In this document: piece after piece, positions 16,363-25,274 of the stretch
How positions within the stretch are numbered: position 1 is the stretch's first letter
Layout of the letters: each line of letters opens with the position of its first letter
DNA from: Acaryochloris marina S15
Lineage (GTDB): Bacteria > Cyanobacteriota > Cyanobacteriia > Thermosynechococcales > Thermosynechococcaceae
Direction of reading: 5' to 3'
DNA length: 32,000 nt
Assembly (NCBI RefSeq): GCF_018336915.1
Contig: NZ_CP064923.1
Coordinates: 5,670,001 to 5,702,000 of the forward strand
Program-made: the position numbers and the translations under genes
Notes under the pieces: generated by a model
Told to the model about the DNA's origin: nothing
Databases searched by the model: none
The model's input: the letters and a program-made list of their open reading frames with translations, nothing else

Positions 16363-17001
16363 TCAGTGACGACAACTTCTAAAGTGATGCTCGGCAGGCT
16401 TTGTTTTGGAGCCAGAATGATGACGTAAGACGCAGCTCTTCCTAGACCAGGACAGCGTATCTTCTCTCTCAAATTCCCCGATTAATCGCGTAACCGTAAC
16501 TCGGCTGGAACCAATCACCTCAGCAATATCTTGATGGGTGAGGGGAAGCGGAATAAAGCATTCGTCTCCAGACTGCTGGCCAAATCGGTCAGCTAACCAG
16601 TTGAGAAACGTACTAAAGCGCGTTTGCACTGAACCATGATGCATGGTGAGCAAGGCTTGACTTTGTTGCATGTGACACCACATCGCTTCCTCCAGAGCCT
16701 TGTAGTCATCGATCTGTAGTCGATGGACTCGAACAGTACTCAAGCATTCAGATTGGTAAGGTTCAATGCCAGCGAACAGATGCCCAATAATATCTCCCGC
16801 TCCCCAGAGTCCCAGGGTGGTAATATCACCCTCTTCATGAAGGGTAATGCTGCGAACCATACCCGTCTCAATTTTCCAGAGAAGGTTTTGGTTTTGAATC
16901 ATGGGCAAACATTCCCGCCGCTTAAACGTCCGAACGACAGGGCTAGTCTCTTGTTGATGAGTCGTGGCGTATGTGGGTGTAATCAGTGAGGACATGAGCA
17001 T
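16363..17001 (-). CDS. Crp/Fnr-family transcriptional regulator
   Basis: cNMP-binding-like beta-roll (LWKIETGMVRSITLHEEGDITTLGLWGAGDIIG) and a C-terminal HTH (LTHQDIAEVIGSSRVTVTRLIGEFE). The tail is His/Cys-rich (RHHSGSKTKPAEHHFRSCRH). I prefer the ATG at 17001 over the TTG at 17043. Confidence 0.75.
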   Translation of the reverse strand: MLMSSLITPTYATTHQQETSPVVRTFKRRECLPMIQNQNLLWKIETGMVRSITLHEEGDITTLGLWGAGDIIGHLFAGIEPYQSECLSTVRVHRLQIDDYKALEEAMWCHMQQSQALLTMHHGSVQTRFSTFLNWLADRFGQQSGDECFIPLPLTHQDIAEVIGSSRVTVTRLIGEFEREDTLSWSRKSCVLRHHSGSKTKPAEHHFRSCRH

Positions 17002-17307
17002 GATGCATAAAGACCTAGATTTAAGGCTGTGCTGAAGAAACAACTCGGAGCTGAGGACACCAGATTTGCTCAGCTAACAATGCGCTATTTCGGGGGTATC
17101 AATCTCTAGATAGGTGTCTGGATCGGCGCTCAATATTAGACAATCGACCGGAAACAGAGCTTTCTCAATGTCATTTCCAGAATGATTAGTTCAGACGAGG
17201 GATCTGCGCAGAGCAAGTTAACTTGACATATCTGCATAAAATAATCTCCTGTGGGATGCAAGGTAGAGGGTCAACCCATTGAGTCATGAAACATAGTTCG
17301 GATGCGG

Positions 17308-17700
17308 TTACAGGCTAGGGTAGGGAATCCTTGCTAGAATCCCTTTTTGTAGCGACTTTGGACGACGCTGACGGGGAACGATGCCATCTGAACTGGAATA
17401 ATATTGGCGGGCCAATTGAAAAACTGCGGCGGCACTATCTAGGGGCAATTGGTCACCAAACATTAGTGTGTTTTTCCCTGCCGCTGCTAAGGCAATGGTG
17501 CAGGGACGATTGCAGGCGCTAAAACAGTCCACCGCTTCGATCTTGAACTCAGGAGGGAGGGGCGATTGCTCCTGAAGCCGCGATAAATGGCTAAGTAGGT
17601 GATGGCCACCGCGTTGACCCCTGTAATCCCGTTGGGTCGGCGAGAAGGCACAGGACCGACAGACGAATAGAGCATGTTGAGTCATGATGGGCGATGCCAT
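17308..17700 (-). CDS. DUF1636-type predicted metal-binding (thioredoxin-like) protein
   Basis: ALFVCRSCAFS...AVDCFSACNRPCTIALAAAGKNTLMFGD matches my recollection of DUF1636, a family found beside CobW-type genes. It has its own Zur box 81 nt upstream. Confidence 0.65.
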   Translation of the reverse strand: MASPIMTQHALFVCRSCAFSPTQRDYRGQRGGHHLLSHLSRLQEQSPLPPEFKIEAVDCFSACNRPCTIALAAAGKNTLMFGDQLPLDSAAAVFQLARQYYSSSDGIVPRQRRPKSLQKGILARIPYPSL

Positions 17701-17780
17701 ACCAAAACGTCATGAGTAATCGTTAGTGAGATGAGCTACCCAGAATAGATTGAACGGCTTGCATAAGACAATAGTAAGAA

Positions 17781-17795
17781 TGATAATCATTATCA
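17781..17795. promoter_or_regulatory. Zur/Fur-type box (TGATAATCATTATCA, both arms perfect)
   Basis: Perfect 7-1-7 palindrome upstream of the DUF1636 gene. Confidence 0.8.
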
Positions 17796-17919
17796 TTGCT
17801 TTGTGCAACCTGACATTCTGGCTTTCGTAACTTGATGGCAAAAGGATTGGTCTCTAAGTTTGAAAGCGAAGCGGGTACCCAGCTTGTCTCCTCATTGAAG
17901 ATGCAAGAGTTTGAGATTT

Positions 17920-17951
17920 GCGATGGTCTCCGACCGGCCTTCGGCCATCGC
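17920..17951. repeat. 32-nt palindromic dispersed element, copy 1
   Basis: GCGATGGTCTCCGACCGGCCTTCGGCCATCGC has a 7-bp outer stem GCGATGG/CCATCGC and an inner CCGA/TCGG. It is identical except for one base to 30286-30317. Confidence 0.7.
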
Positions 17952-17982
17952 GCTTAGCTTGGCTCTTCTACTGAGAAACGCA

Positions 17983-18915
17983 CTAAGAAGGCATAGGCCT
18001 TTGCAAGAGCCACTCCATCACCCGTTGCTTATGGGAGTCAATGCTGAAGACTCGCACTGCGTTACCTTGATATTCCGTCATTCTGCGATTGAGACTGTTC
18101 AGAACTTGCTGTGGGTTTGTCCCCTCAAGGGGTGGACAGCTTTGCCAAGCCCCCACTTTGAAATGTCTGGCATCGGCCTGTTCAATGCCAATTTGATTCC
18201 CCAACCGAAGTTGCCCCAGAATCTGTTCCAGCACTTCAGCGCTCAGCTGTTCTTGAAGCTTTTCATTCTGAGGTCGAGCTATCTCAGAGCGATGGCCATT
18301 GTTCAACGGTGCAGCACAGGCAATATCGTCTGCACAGCGATAGCCCGCCAGTAAAGCTCGATTGATCTCCACCACATGATGAGAAAAACGATGATCAGTT
18401 GTCTTGGCATCCGGTAGTCGGTCGGCCTCGCTTTGGTGGGTAATCACAACCCCTGATCCAACATATTTTCCAGGTGGAATTTCCACATCCTGGATAAGCG
18501 CATGCATCATCACAATACAGCGGTGCCCTACCTTGGAATTAAACACCGTTGATCGAAAGCCGATGAAACAATCATCGCCAATATAAGCAGGCCCGTGAAT
18601 CAAAGCCATATGGGTAATGCAGGTATGTTCACCAATCCAGACCGAGTAAGACTCACCATCATCTCCGGTGACTCGGCCTCGTTCTAAGCCATGTATGACC
18701 ACACCATCCTGAATATTAGTATTTGCACCAATGTAAAAGGGCATACCCTCATCTGCTCGAATGGACGTGCCAGGTGCGATTAAGACTTGGTGTCCCAGAC
18801 GAACATCTCCGATCAAGCTCGTTGAGGAATGCACATAGGCCGACTCACTAATTTGAGGTTGATCCAGCCCTTGATCCCAAGGGGTCGGAGGTGAAGGTTG
18901 CTGACGTAGAGGCAT
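17983..18915 (-). CDS. CcmM-like protein: gamma-carbonic-anhydrase domain plus a single RbcS-like SSUL module
   Basis: The N-terminal 200 aa or so is near-consensus CcmM gamma-CA ([74 protein letters not shown]). The C-terminus is [37 protein letters not shown]...[22 protein letters not shown], which is one SSUL repeat. Confidence 0.8.
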   Translation of the reverse strand: MPLRQQPSPPTPWDQGLDQPQISESAYVHSSTSLIGDVRLGHQVLIAPGTSIRADEGMPFYIGANTNIQDGVVIHGLERGRVTGDDGESYSVWIGEHTCITHMALIHGPAYIGDDCFIGFRSTVFNSKVGHRCIVMMHALIQDVEIPPGKYVGSGVVITHQSEADRLPDAKTTDHRFSHHVVEINRALLAGYRCADDIACAAPLNNGHRSEIARPQNEKLQEQLSAEVLEQILGQLRLGNQIGIEQADARHFKVGAWQSCPPLEGTNPQQVLNSLNRRMTEYQGNAVRVFSIDSHKQRVMEWLLQRPMPS

Positions 18916-18952
18916 CTTTAATACTCCATTGGTTTAAAGTCGACTGGGCCCA

Positions 18953-19438
18953 TCAAAGCTGCGTCGGATTGGGGGCATCCCCATAGACCCGTTGGGGGTC
19001 AAAGGTTTTGGCCGCTTCTGTAAAGGTCAAGGCAATGGGAGAGGGGCCGTCCACTGCTTCCGTCCCCAAAGGAATTTGACGATAAAAACAAGACCGATAC
19101 CCTACATGGCAACTAGCTCCAGACCCCGCAACGGTCACCCGCATCCACAGGCAGTCTTGATCATCATCAATCAGCAATTGTTGAACGTATTGAATCAAGC
19201 CACTGGTGGCACCTTTGTGCCAGAGGGTCTGACGGCTGCGGCTGTAGTAATGGGCCTCTCCAGTTTCAATTGTTTTCATCAAAGCTGTCTGATTCATATA
19301 GGCATGCATGAGCAGTTCACCTGTTTGGGCATCAGTGGTCACCACAGGCATTAAACCGTCTTGATCAAACTTGGGGGAAAGCAGCGATCCTTCTTCGACT
19401 GCTTCGACAGAGGTACGCTGAGCGAATGAGAGAGTCAT
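18953..19438 (-). CDS. hisI: Phosphoribosyl-AMP cyclohydrolase
   Basis: [37 protein letters not shown]...[11 protein letters not shown]...[13 protein letters not shown] is the HisI signature with its Cys ligands. The ATG at 19436-19438 has GAGG upstream. Confidence 0.85.
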   Translation of the reverse strand: MTLSFAQRTSVEAVEEGSLLSPKFDQDGLMPVVTTDAQTGELLMHAYMNQTALMKTIETGEAHYYSRSRQTLWHKGATSGLIQYVQQLLIDDDQDCLWMRVTVAGSGASCHVGYRSCFYRQIPLGTEAVDGPSPIALTFTEAAKTFDPQRVYGDAPNPTQL

Positions 19439-19484
19439 GGTAAACCTCAGAGACAACGATGGGTAAAACAGCTACTAGCTATTC

Positions 19485-20030
19485 CTAGATGTTTTGTTCG
19501 GGCATACCCGAAGAGTGGTGATCGACAATCAGCCAGCGATCGCCAATTTTGCGATAGACAAAGGTAAATCTCGCCATCAGCTCTGAAGGTCGCCCCTCTT
19601 TGACCACTGCAAAGGCATAGAGGCCAGAATTAACAGCCAGATCACAAAAAACCTGGATATTTTGCTCGACGATACGACCATCCGGCTTCAGGGCCAGGAA
19701 GCCTTGGAAGTAATCTTCAATTTCAGCAGGGGTATGTCGAACTCGGTTGGAAACCGTGGGCACCAGAATGGCATCAGGGGCATAGGTTTTGACGACTTCA
19801 CTGGGTTGACCTGTTTGCAGGGATTGATCCCATTGCTCAAACAAATCGGCAATCTCTGCGGGGGCCACGGTTGGGCAGCGAGTTTCAGCGAGAACGGGTG
19901 TACAAACAAAACTCAATAGTAAGCAGCAGCCCAAAAGCATTCCAATCACGTTCTTGATTCTGAGAAACGTTCTCTGCTGGGGCTGAGCTGAGCTGCAGGG
20001 CTGAGCGGGTTGATAGGCAGCGTTCATCAT
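19485..20030 (-). CDS. Exported NTF2-like SgcJ/EcaC (CaMKII-AD) family protein, candidate iota-class carbonic anhydrase
   Basis: Signal-peptide-like IGMLLGCCLLLSFVCTPVLAETR, then an NTF2-like domain ending in DRWLIVDHHSSGMP. The ATG-ATG at 20025-20030 has AGGA upstream and lies 10 nt after the thrS stop. Confidence 0.6.
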   Translation of the reverse strand: MMNAAYQPAQPCSSAQPQQRTFLRIKNVIGMLLGCCLLLSFVCTPVLAETRCPTVAPAEIADLFEQWDQSLQTGQPSEVVKTYAPDAILVPTVSNRVRHTPAEIEDYFQGFLALKPDGRIVEQNIQVFCDLAVNSGLYAFAVVKEGRPSELMARFTFVYRKIGDRWLIVDHHSSGMPEQNI

Positions 20031-20040
20031 TTTTCCTAAT

Positions 20041-21891
20041 CTAAATTTGTTGTTTGGCATCAATGGCGGTCTGCATTTTGTCGCACAGTTCTGGGAGCTT
20101 CAATAGCTCCTGCTCTTCTGAATGCCGAGTGCGAATAGTGAGGGTCTGGGTTTCAACTTCTTTTTTTCCCACCACAGCAACCACCGGAATTTTGTCTAGG
20201 GCTGACTGACGAATTTGTTTTCCTAAACGCTCTCCCGTCTGATCGACTTCAGCCCGGAAGCCCCTTTGCTGAAGCTGCTCTAAAACCTCAAGGGCATAGG
20301 GTCGCTGGGCATCACTGACGACGAGTAGCCGCATCTGCACGGGTGCTAGCCACAGGGGGAAATCCCCCGCATAATTCTCGATCAAAATGCCGAAGAATCG
20401 CTCCAAAGACCCAAAAATGGCCCGATGAATCATAATCGGGCGCTGCCGCGATCCATCTGCGGCGACATATTCCATCTTGAAGCGCTCAGGCAAATTAAAG
20501 TCCACCTGAATCGTGGAGCATTGCCACAGCCGTCCAATGGCATCCCGTATCTTCAGATCAATCTTGGGTCCATAAAAGGCACCCCCGCCTTCATCCGTGA
20601 GGTAATCCCAACCTTTACGTTCTAGGGCTGTGCGCAAGGCCTGGGTAGCCAAATCCCAAATATCATCGCTGCCCACTGATTTACCAGGCCGGGTTGAGAG
20701 ATTAACCTCATACTCTCGAAAGCCAAAGTCCGACAAAATCGTCTCGGTTAAGTTCAGAACCGCCAAAATCTCGTCGGCTACCTGATCTGGTAGACAAAAA
20801 ATATGGGCATCGTCTTGGGTAAAGCCCCGAACCCGCATCAGTCCATGTAGAGTCCCGGAGCGTTCGTACCGATAGACCGTCCCTAACTCCGCCCACCGCA
20901 GGGGAAACTCTCGATAGGAGTGGAGATCGTGCTGATAGGTGAGGACATGAAAGGGACAATTCATGGGCTTGATCTGATAGGCCTGGTTCTCCACATCCAT
21001 TTGATCAAACATGCTGTCCCGATAAAATTCGAAATGACCCGAGGTTTTCCACAGATCCAGATTGGCCATATGGGGGGTATAGAGCAACTCATACCCCCCC
21101 TGGATGTGCGCTTGTCGCCAGTACGCTTCAATGACCTGGCGAATTCGAGCCCCCCGTGGATGCCAAAAGACCAGTCCTCCCCCTGCGTTGTCTTCAATAC
21201 TAAAAAGCTTGAGGGTCTTGCCCAAAAGACGGTGGTCCCGACGCTGGGCTTCTTCTTTTTGGTGCAGGTACACTTTTAACTGCTTCGGTGTTTCCCAGGC
21301 GGTTCCATAGATCCGCTGCAGTTGCGCCTGGGCTTCATCGCCACGCCAGTAGGCTCCGGCGACGCTTTCGAGCCTAAAAGCCTTAGGATTTAGCTCCCCC
21401 GTACTGTTGAGATGGGGACCTGAGCACAGATCCCACCAAAATTCATTGGGGGCCACTGGCAACGGCTCAATCAGTGAGGCTTCCGCTTCGGGATGTTGAG
21501 TTCGTCCCGTGTCTGGACTGCCAATAAAATAACGGGTAATGGTTTCCCCCGCAGGAATCTGGGCCAATATTTCTAACTTATAGGGTTCTTGTAACTGTTC
21601 CAGTTCAGCCTGCATCTGATCGCGATCCACTTGTTCGCAGATGATGGGCAACTTGGCTTTGATAATCCGCCGCATCTGAGTGGATATGGCATCTAAATCG
21701 TCTGGTGTAAATGCCTGAGCACGGTCAAAGTCATAGTAGAAACCTGTCTCAGTCGTGGGACCAATCGTCACCTTTGTTTCAGGAAACAGATGCTGCACCG
21801 CCATGGCCATCACATGGGCACAGGTGTGGCGGAGTCGCTGCAATTGTTCGGCGGAATTGGGCGCTGATAGCGTAGAAGAAGCAGTAGACAT
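20041..21891 (-). CDS. thrS: Threonyl-tRNA synthetase (no N-terminal TGS domain), Zur-box-associated paralogue type
   Basis: Editing-domain HxxxH ([12 protein letters not shown]). Class II core with Zn-ligand motifs [16 protein letters not shown] and [14 protein letters not shown]-terminal anticodon-binding domain. Confidence 0.95.
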   Translation of the reverse strand: MSTASSTLSAPNSAEQLQRLRHTCAHVMAMAVQHLFPETKVTIGPTTETGFYYDFDRAQAFTPDDLDAISTQMRRIIKAKLPIICEQVDRDQMQAELEQLQEPYKLEILAQIPAGETITRYFIGSPDTGRTQHPEAEASLIEPLPVAPNEFWWDLCSGPHLNSTGELNPKAFRLESVAGAYWRGDEAQAQLQRIYGTAWETPKQLKVYLHQKEEAQRRDHRLLGKTLKLFSIEDNAGGGLVFWHPRGARIRQVIEAYWRQAHIQGGYELLYTPHMANLDLWKTSGHFEFYRDSMFDQMDVENQAYQIKPMNCPFHVLTYQHDLHSYREFPLRWAELGTVYRYERSGTLHGLMRVRGFTQDDAHIFCLPDQVADEILAVLNLTETILSDFGFREYEVNLSTRPGKSVGSDDIWDLATQALRTALERKGWDYLTDEGGGAFYGPKIDLKIRDAIGRLWQCSTIQVDFNLPERFKMEYVAADGSRQRPIMIHRAIFGSLERFFGILIENYAGDFPLWLAPVQMRLLVVSDAQRPYALEVLEQLQQRGFRAEVDQTGERLGKQIRQSALDKIPVVAVVGKKEVETQTLTIRTRHSEEQELLKLPELCDKMQTAIDAKQQI

Positions 21892-21930
21892 AGAGGCTTG
21901 CAGAGAAGGGCGAAGGGTTGCTTAAGCATA

Positions 21931-21945
21931 TGATAATGATTATCA
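21931..21945. promoter_or_regulatory. Zur/Fur-type box, perfect TGATAATGATTATCA, in the divergent thrS/folE intergenic region
   Basis: Lies 40 nt from the thrS ATG and 89 nt from the folE ATG. It overlaps AT-rich, -10-like hexamers on both strands. Confidence 0.85.
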
Positions 21946-22033
21946 TTATATTTGTTAAGACCTAGTTTGCTTTTGGATTGAAGCCGACTGGATCTCGAAG
22001 TGACCCTTATCCCTTTCCGCGTTAGGAGTTTCT

Positions 22034-22669
22034 ATGACCTTGCCTTCCATAACGACCTTCAATCCTGAAGAGATCGTCACTGAATCTCAGTCCATTGTCT
22101 CGGAGGCCGAAATGCAGGCTGCCGTCCGTACGTTGTTGCTGGGTATGGGTGAAGATCCCGATCGAGAAGGACTCCGAGATACCCCTAAGCGAGTGGTTAA
22201 ATCCTTAAAATTTCTGTCTTCGGGTTATCAGCAGTCCCTAGATGAATTGCTGAATGGGGCTGTCTTCTCCGAAGACCTGGATGAAATGGTCTTGGTGCGC
22301 GATATTGACCTCTTTAGTTCCTGCGAACATCATATCTTGCCCATTATTGGCAAAGCCCATGTGGCTTATATTCCCAACGGCAAAGTGATTGGCCTATCGA
22401 AAATTGCCCGCATCTGTGAGATGTATGCTCGGCGACTCCAGGTACAAGAACGATTAACGGCACAAATTGCCGATGCGTTGCAGGGCCTACTGAAGCCCCA
22501 AGGAGTCGCTGTGGTCGTAGAGGCAAGCCATATGTGCATGGTCATGCGAGGGGTACAAAAACCTGGCTCTTGGACCTCGACAAGCTCCATGCGAGGCGTG
22601 TTTTCCAGTGATGCCCGCACCCGCCAAGAGTTTTTTAACCTGATCGCCCACTCACCTGCAATTCGGTAG
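22034..22669 (+). CDS. folE: GTP cyclohydrolase I, canonical FolE (type IA)
   Basis: [20 protein letters not shown] and [10 protein letters not shown] motifs. TAGGAG RBS at 22024-22029. Confidence 0.95.
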   Translation: MTLPSITTFNPEEIVTESQSIVSEAEMQAAVRTLLLGMGEDPDREGLRDTPKRVVKSLKFLSSGYQQSLDELLNGAVFSEDLDEMVLVRDIDLFSSCEHHILPIIGKAHVAYIPNGKVIGLSKIARICEMYARRLQVQERLTAQIADALQGLLKPQGVAVVVEASHMCMVMRGVQKPGSWTSTSSMRGVFSSDARTRQEFFNLIAHSPAIR

Positions 22670-22692
22670 TTACGGCTTAGGCCATCAGCACC

Positions 22693-23667
22693 ATGCTTCC
22701 CATCCCTGGACTATTTGAATATCGCCTGCCCGTTACCCTGATAACGGGCTTTTTGGGGAGTGGTAAAACCACTCTGCTGAACCATCTCATGCGCAATCTG
22801 GGGGATCGACGAGCGGCCGTTTTTGTCAATGAATTCGGAGCGATTGACATTGATAGCCAAATTCTAGTGACCGTGGATGAAGATCTAGTGGCTTTGTCTA
22901 ACGGCTGTATCTGTTGCCAAATTAGGGATGATTTTCTCATGGCCTTCCGACGGGTCTTGGCTTATAACCAAATGCAAACGTCCGCCGGGAAAAAGGGGCT
23001 AGATGCCATTTTCTTGGAAACATCCGGGGTGGCCGATCCCTATCCGCTGATGCTCACTTTTAGAGCCACCGAACTCTTTAGCCTGACCCGTTTAGATGCG
23101 ATCCTAACCGTTGTGGATGCTGAGGCCTTTACTGCTGAACATTTCCAAAGTCAGGCTGCTCTTGCCCAAATTCAACATGGCGACATTATCCTGCTGAATA
23201 AAACCGATCTAGTCGATCAAGAACAGCTCAGGTCCGTAGAAACTGAGATTCAGCGCCTGAAGCCCCAGGCCAAGATGCTACCCATGACCTATGGCCAAGT
23301 TCCTCTGTCTAGCGTTTTGGATGTGGATCTCTATTCTGAGGAAATGGCAGCCGGCCCACCCTCAGAAACCCAGCATCTCAAGGATGATGGGTTTGTAGCG
23401 GTACCCTTTGAAAGTGATCGCCCCTTTAACTTGAGAAAATTCCAGCAATTTCTGGACTATCAGCTACCCTCAGAAGTCTTTCGGGCCAAGGGGGTTCTCT
23501 GGTTTGACGAAAGTCCCCGCAGACATCTGTTTCAACTGAGTGGTAAACGGAGCCAACTGCAGGATGAGTCGTGGTTGGACTCCCCTAAGAACCAACTGGT
23601 GTGCATTGGCCGCAACTTGGATTCAGAACAATTACAACATCAGCTCCATCAGTGTCTTGCCCCATGA
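22693..23667 (+). CDS. COG0523 metallochaperone GTPase
   Basis: GFLGSGKTTLLNHL, GCICCQIRDD, ETSG, NKTD and a CobW_C-like end. Starts 23 nt after folE. Confidence 0.9.
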   Translation: MLPIPGLFEYRLPVTLITGFLGSGKTTLLNHLMRNLGDRRAAVFVNEFGAIDIDSQILVTVDEDLVALSNGCICCQIRDDFLMAFRRVLAYNQMQTSAGKKGLDAIFLETSGVADPYPLMLTFRATELFSLTRLDAILTVVDAEAFTAEHFQSQAALAQIQHGDIILLNKTDLVDQEQLRSVETEIQRLKPQAKMLPMTYGQVPLSSVLDVDLYSEEMAAGPPSETQHLKDDGFVAVPFESDRPFNLRKFQQFLDYQLPSEVFRAKGVLWFDESPRRHLFQLSGKRSQLQDESWLDSPKNQLVCIGRNLDSEQLQHQLHQCLAP

Positions 23668-24422
23668 GTAGTCCTGCTGTTATTGCCGTCGCTGGCCCCT
23701 GTGGCAGTGGTAAAACCACCTGGATCAACCAGTCTTTAAAAGATGCAACGGCTCCACTCTCATATTTCTATTCGGGACTAGGCAGGAACCCCGTTGACCT
23801 GATGCGGATTGGTTATTGTTTCCCCTCGGTACAGGTCATGTCTGATCTCCCGGCTCCCCAGGTGTTCTCCTCTCTACCAGATGGAGCAATTATCTATGTG
23901 GAGCTAGACTTTCCTGAACTCTTAAAACCTCTTCTGCCGAAGGTGCGTTTCTGTCATCAAGTGGCTGTAATTCCGCCTCATCTGCAAGATTCTGCCTGGC
24001 ATCAATGGGCAGATCAGATTATTCCGGGGAACGATATTGCCATTCCAGATGCGGCCAAGCCACCTGAGCGATGGCACGCCCCTTTGCAAGGTCAAGTCTT
24101 TGATCCTGCCAGCTTAGAAGTGGTGCTGACGGAACTGATGGAAGGCGCCTATGGTGATATCCATCGAGTAAAGGGCATCTTTGAGATGCCCGATGGCCAA
24201 GCCCTTTACATTGATTTTGTGGCAGGGCTGGAGGGGGTTGAATATACCGAACTCAGTATTCCCCGTTGGCTAGAGGGACGCCCCGATCGCTGGAGTGGCA
24301 TGGAAGTGATGGGCAACAACCTCCAGCCAGAAATCATCTCCCAAACCCTATTGGATGGATGCCTAACCGATGAAGTCATTGCCTATTATCAGCAGCAATA
24401 CCAAGCCTTAAGCCCCGTTTAA
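23664..24422 (+). CDS. Divergent COG0523-like P-loop protein lacking the CxCC metal motif
   Basis: The ATG at 23664 overlaps the upstream stop (ATGA). The P-loop AGPCGSGKTTWINQ is retained. There is no GCxCC and no NKxD. The CobW_C-like segment IHRVKGIFEMPDGQALYIDFVAG is retained. Confidence 0.65.
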   Translation: MSSPAVIAVAGPCGSGKTTWINQSLKDATAPLSYFYSGLGRNPVDLMRIGYCFPSVQVMSDLPAPQVFSSLPDGAIIYVELDFPELLKPLLPKVRFCHQVAVIPPHLQDSAWHQWADQIIPGNDIAIPDAAKPPERWHAPLQGQVFDPASLEVVLTELMEGAYGDIHRVKGIFEMPDGQALYIDFVAGLEGVEYTELSIPRWLEGRPDRWSGMEVMGNNLQPEIISQTLLDGCLTDEVIAYYQQQYQALSPV

Positions 24423-24436
24423 AAGGTTAGTTCAGT

Positions 24437-25249
24437 ATGAAACTTGCGGTGATTTCCTGTATTCATGGCAATTATGAGGCCCTGAATGCCGTGCTCTCTG
24501 ATATTGATCGCCATAAAACCGACCAGATTTACTGTTTGGGTGATCTGGTGGGTTACGGTCCCCATCCCAATGCCGTAGTCGAGATGATTCGTTCCCTCGA
24601 TATTCCCACCTGTCAGGGCTGCTGGGATGAAGACATTGTCGAAGGTCTCAATGCCTGTGAATGTAGCTATCCTTCTCTGTTAGCAGAGAAACGGGGCAGG
24701 CAGGCCCATGAATGGACAAATCAAGTCATCCATCCAGAGGTGAGAGACTATCTGGCCCGTTTACCCATGACCCTACAGACTGAGAATCTGGCCTTTGTCC
24801 ACGGTAGCCCCAACAGTCAGCATGAATATCTACTGCCCAGCATGGATGGATTTGCCGCCCTAGAGCGGGTGGTCTCCACCGGAGCCGATGTCTTATTCTG
24901 TGGCCATACCCATGTTCCCTATGTACGGGAGTTAGAAGATGGCAACCTCTCCGTGCGTGTTCACCAACCTGGACAAGACGACCAGCAGCACCAGTTCACA
25001 ACGTCCCTGAAGCGAATTATCAATGCCGGATCCGTGGGAGAACCCCGCCACGGACGTCCCCATGCAACCTACGTTCTCTATGACACGGATACGGCCCAGG
25101 TGACGCTCCAGGAGGTGCCCTATGACTACGAGAAGACTTGTACAGCCATTATTGATAAGGGTTTGCCGCCCATTTTTGCCTGGCGCTTGGCCCGAGGAAT
25201 GGAGTTTGCAGAGCGAGCCGATGATCCCAGTCATGTGTGTCAGCGGTAG
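24437..25249 (+). CDS. Metallophosphoesterase (Metallophos_2 / MJ0936-like) with Cys substitutions at two metal-ligand positions
   Basis: ISCIHGN (usual ISDIHGN), LGDLVGYGP, QGCWDE (usual GNYDE/GNHD), HGSP, GHTHVP and GSVGEPRHG. Confidence 0.8.
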   Translation: MKLAVISCIHGNYEALNAVLSDIDRHKTDQIYCLGDLVGYGPHPNAVVEMIRSLDIPTCQGCWDEDIVEGLNACECSYPSLLAEKRGRQAHEWTNQVIHPEVRDYLARLPMTLQTENLAFVHGSPNSQHEYLLPSMDGFAALERVVSTGADVLFCGHTHVPYVRELEDGNLSVRVHQPGQDDQQHQFTTSLKRIINAGSVGEPRHGRPHATYVLYDTDTAQVTLQEVPYDYEKTCTAIIDKGLPPIFAWRLARGMEFAERADDPSHVCQR

Positions 25250-25274
25250 CTGGCTCCAATTCAGGAGGTAAAGA

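Noticed and set aside
20425-21310. Five ORFs of 66-119 aa overlapping thrS on both strands, plus similar shadow ORFs throughout (352-641, 1242-1654, 2323-3032, 8210-9642, 9825-10070, 11029-11691, 11991-13024, 13601-14495, 15698-15946, 16723-16989, 17331-17675, 17911-18586, 18992-19354, 19662-19919, 22344-22940, 24932-25234, 27850-28179)
   Set aside because: They are embedded in strongly supported genes, have no recognisable motifs, and show the biased composition typical of antisense or off-frame shadows.
22034-22669. FolE as the Zn-independent FolE1B/FolE2 type expected in Zur regulons
   Set aside because: The length (211 aa) and the CEHH/SHMC motifs identify the canonical Zn-type FolE (IA). 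COG1469-type proteins look different.
23601-23663. Start at 23601 for the degenerate COG0523-like ORF
   Set aside because: That is a non-ATG start 67 nt inside the upstream gene. The ATG at 23664 forms an ATGA stop/start overlap and places the P-loop at residues 10-18.
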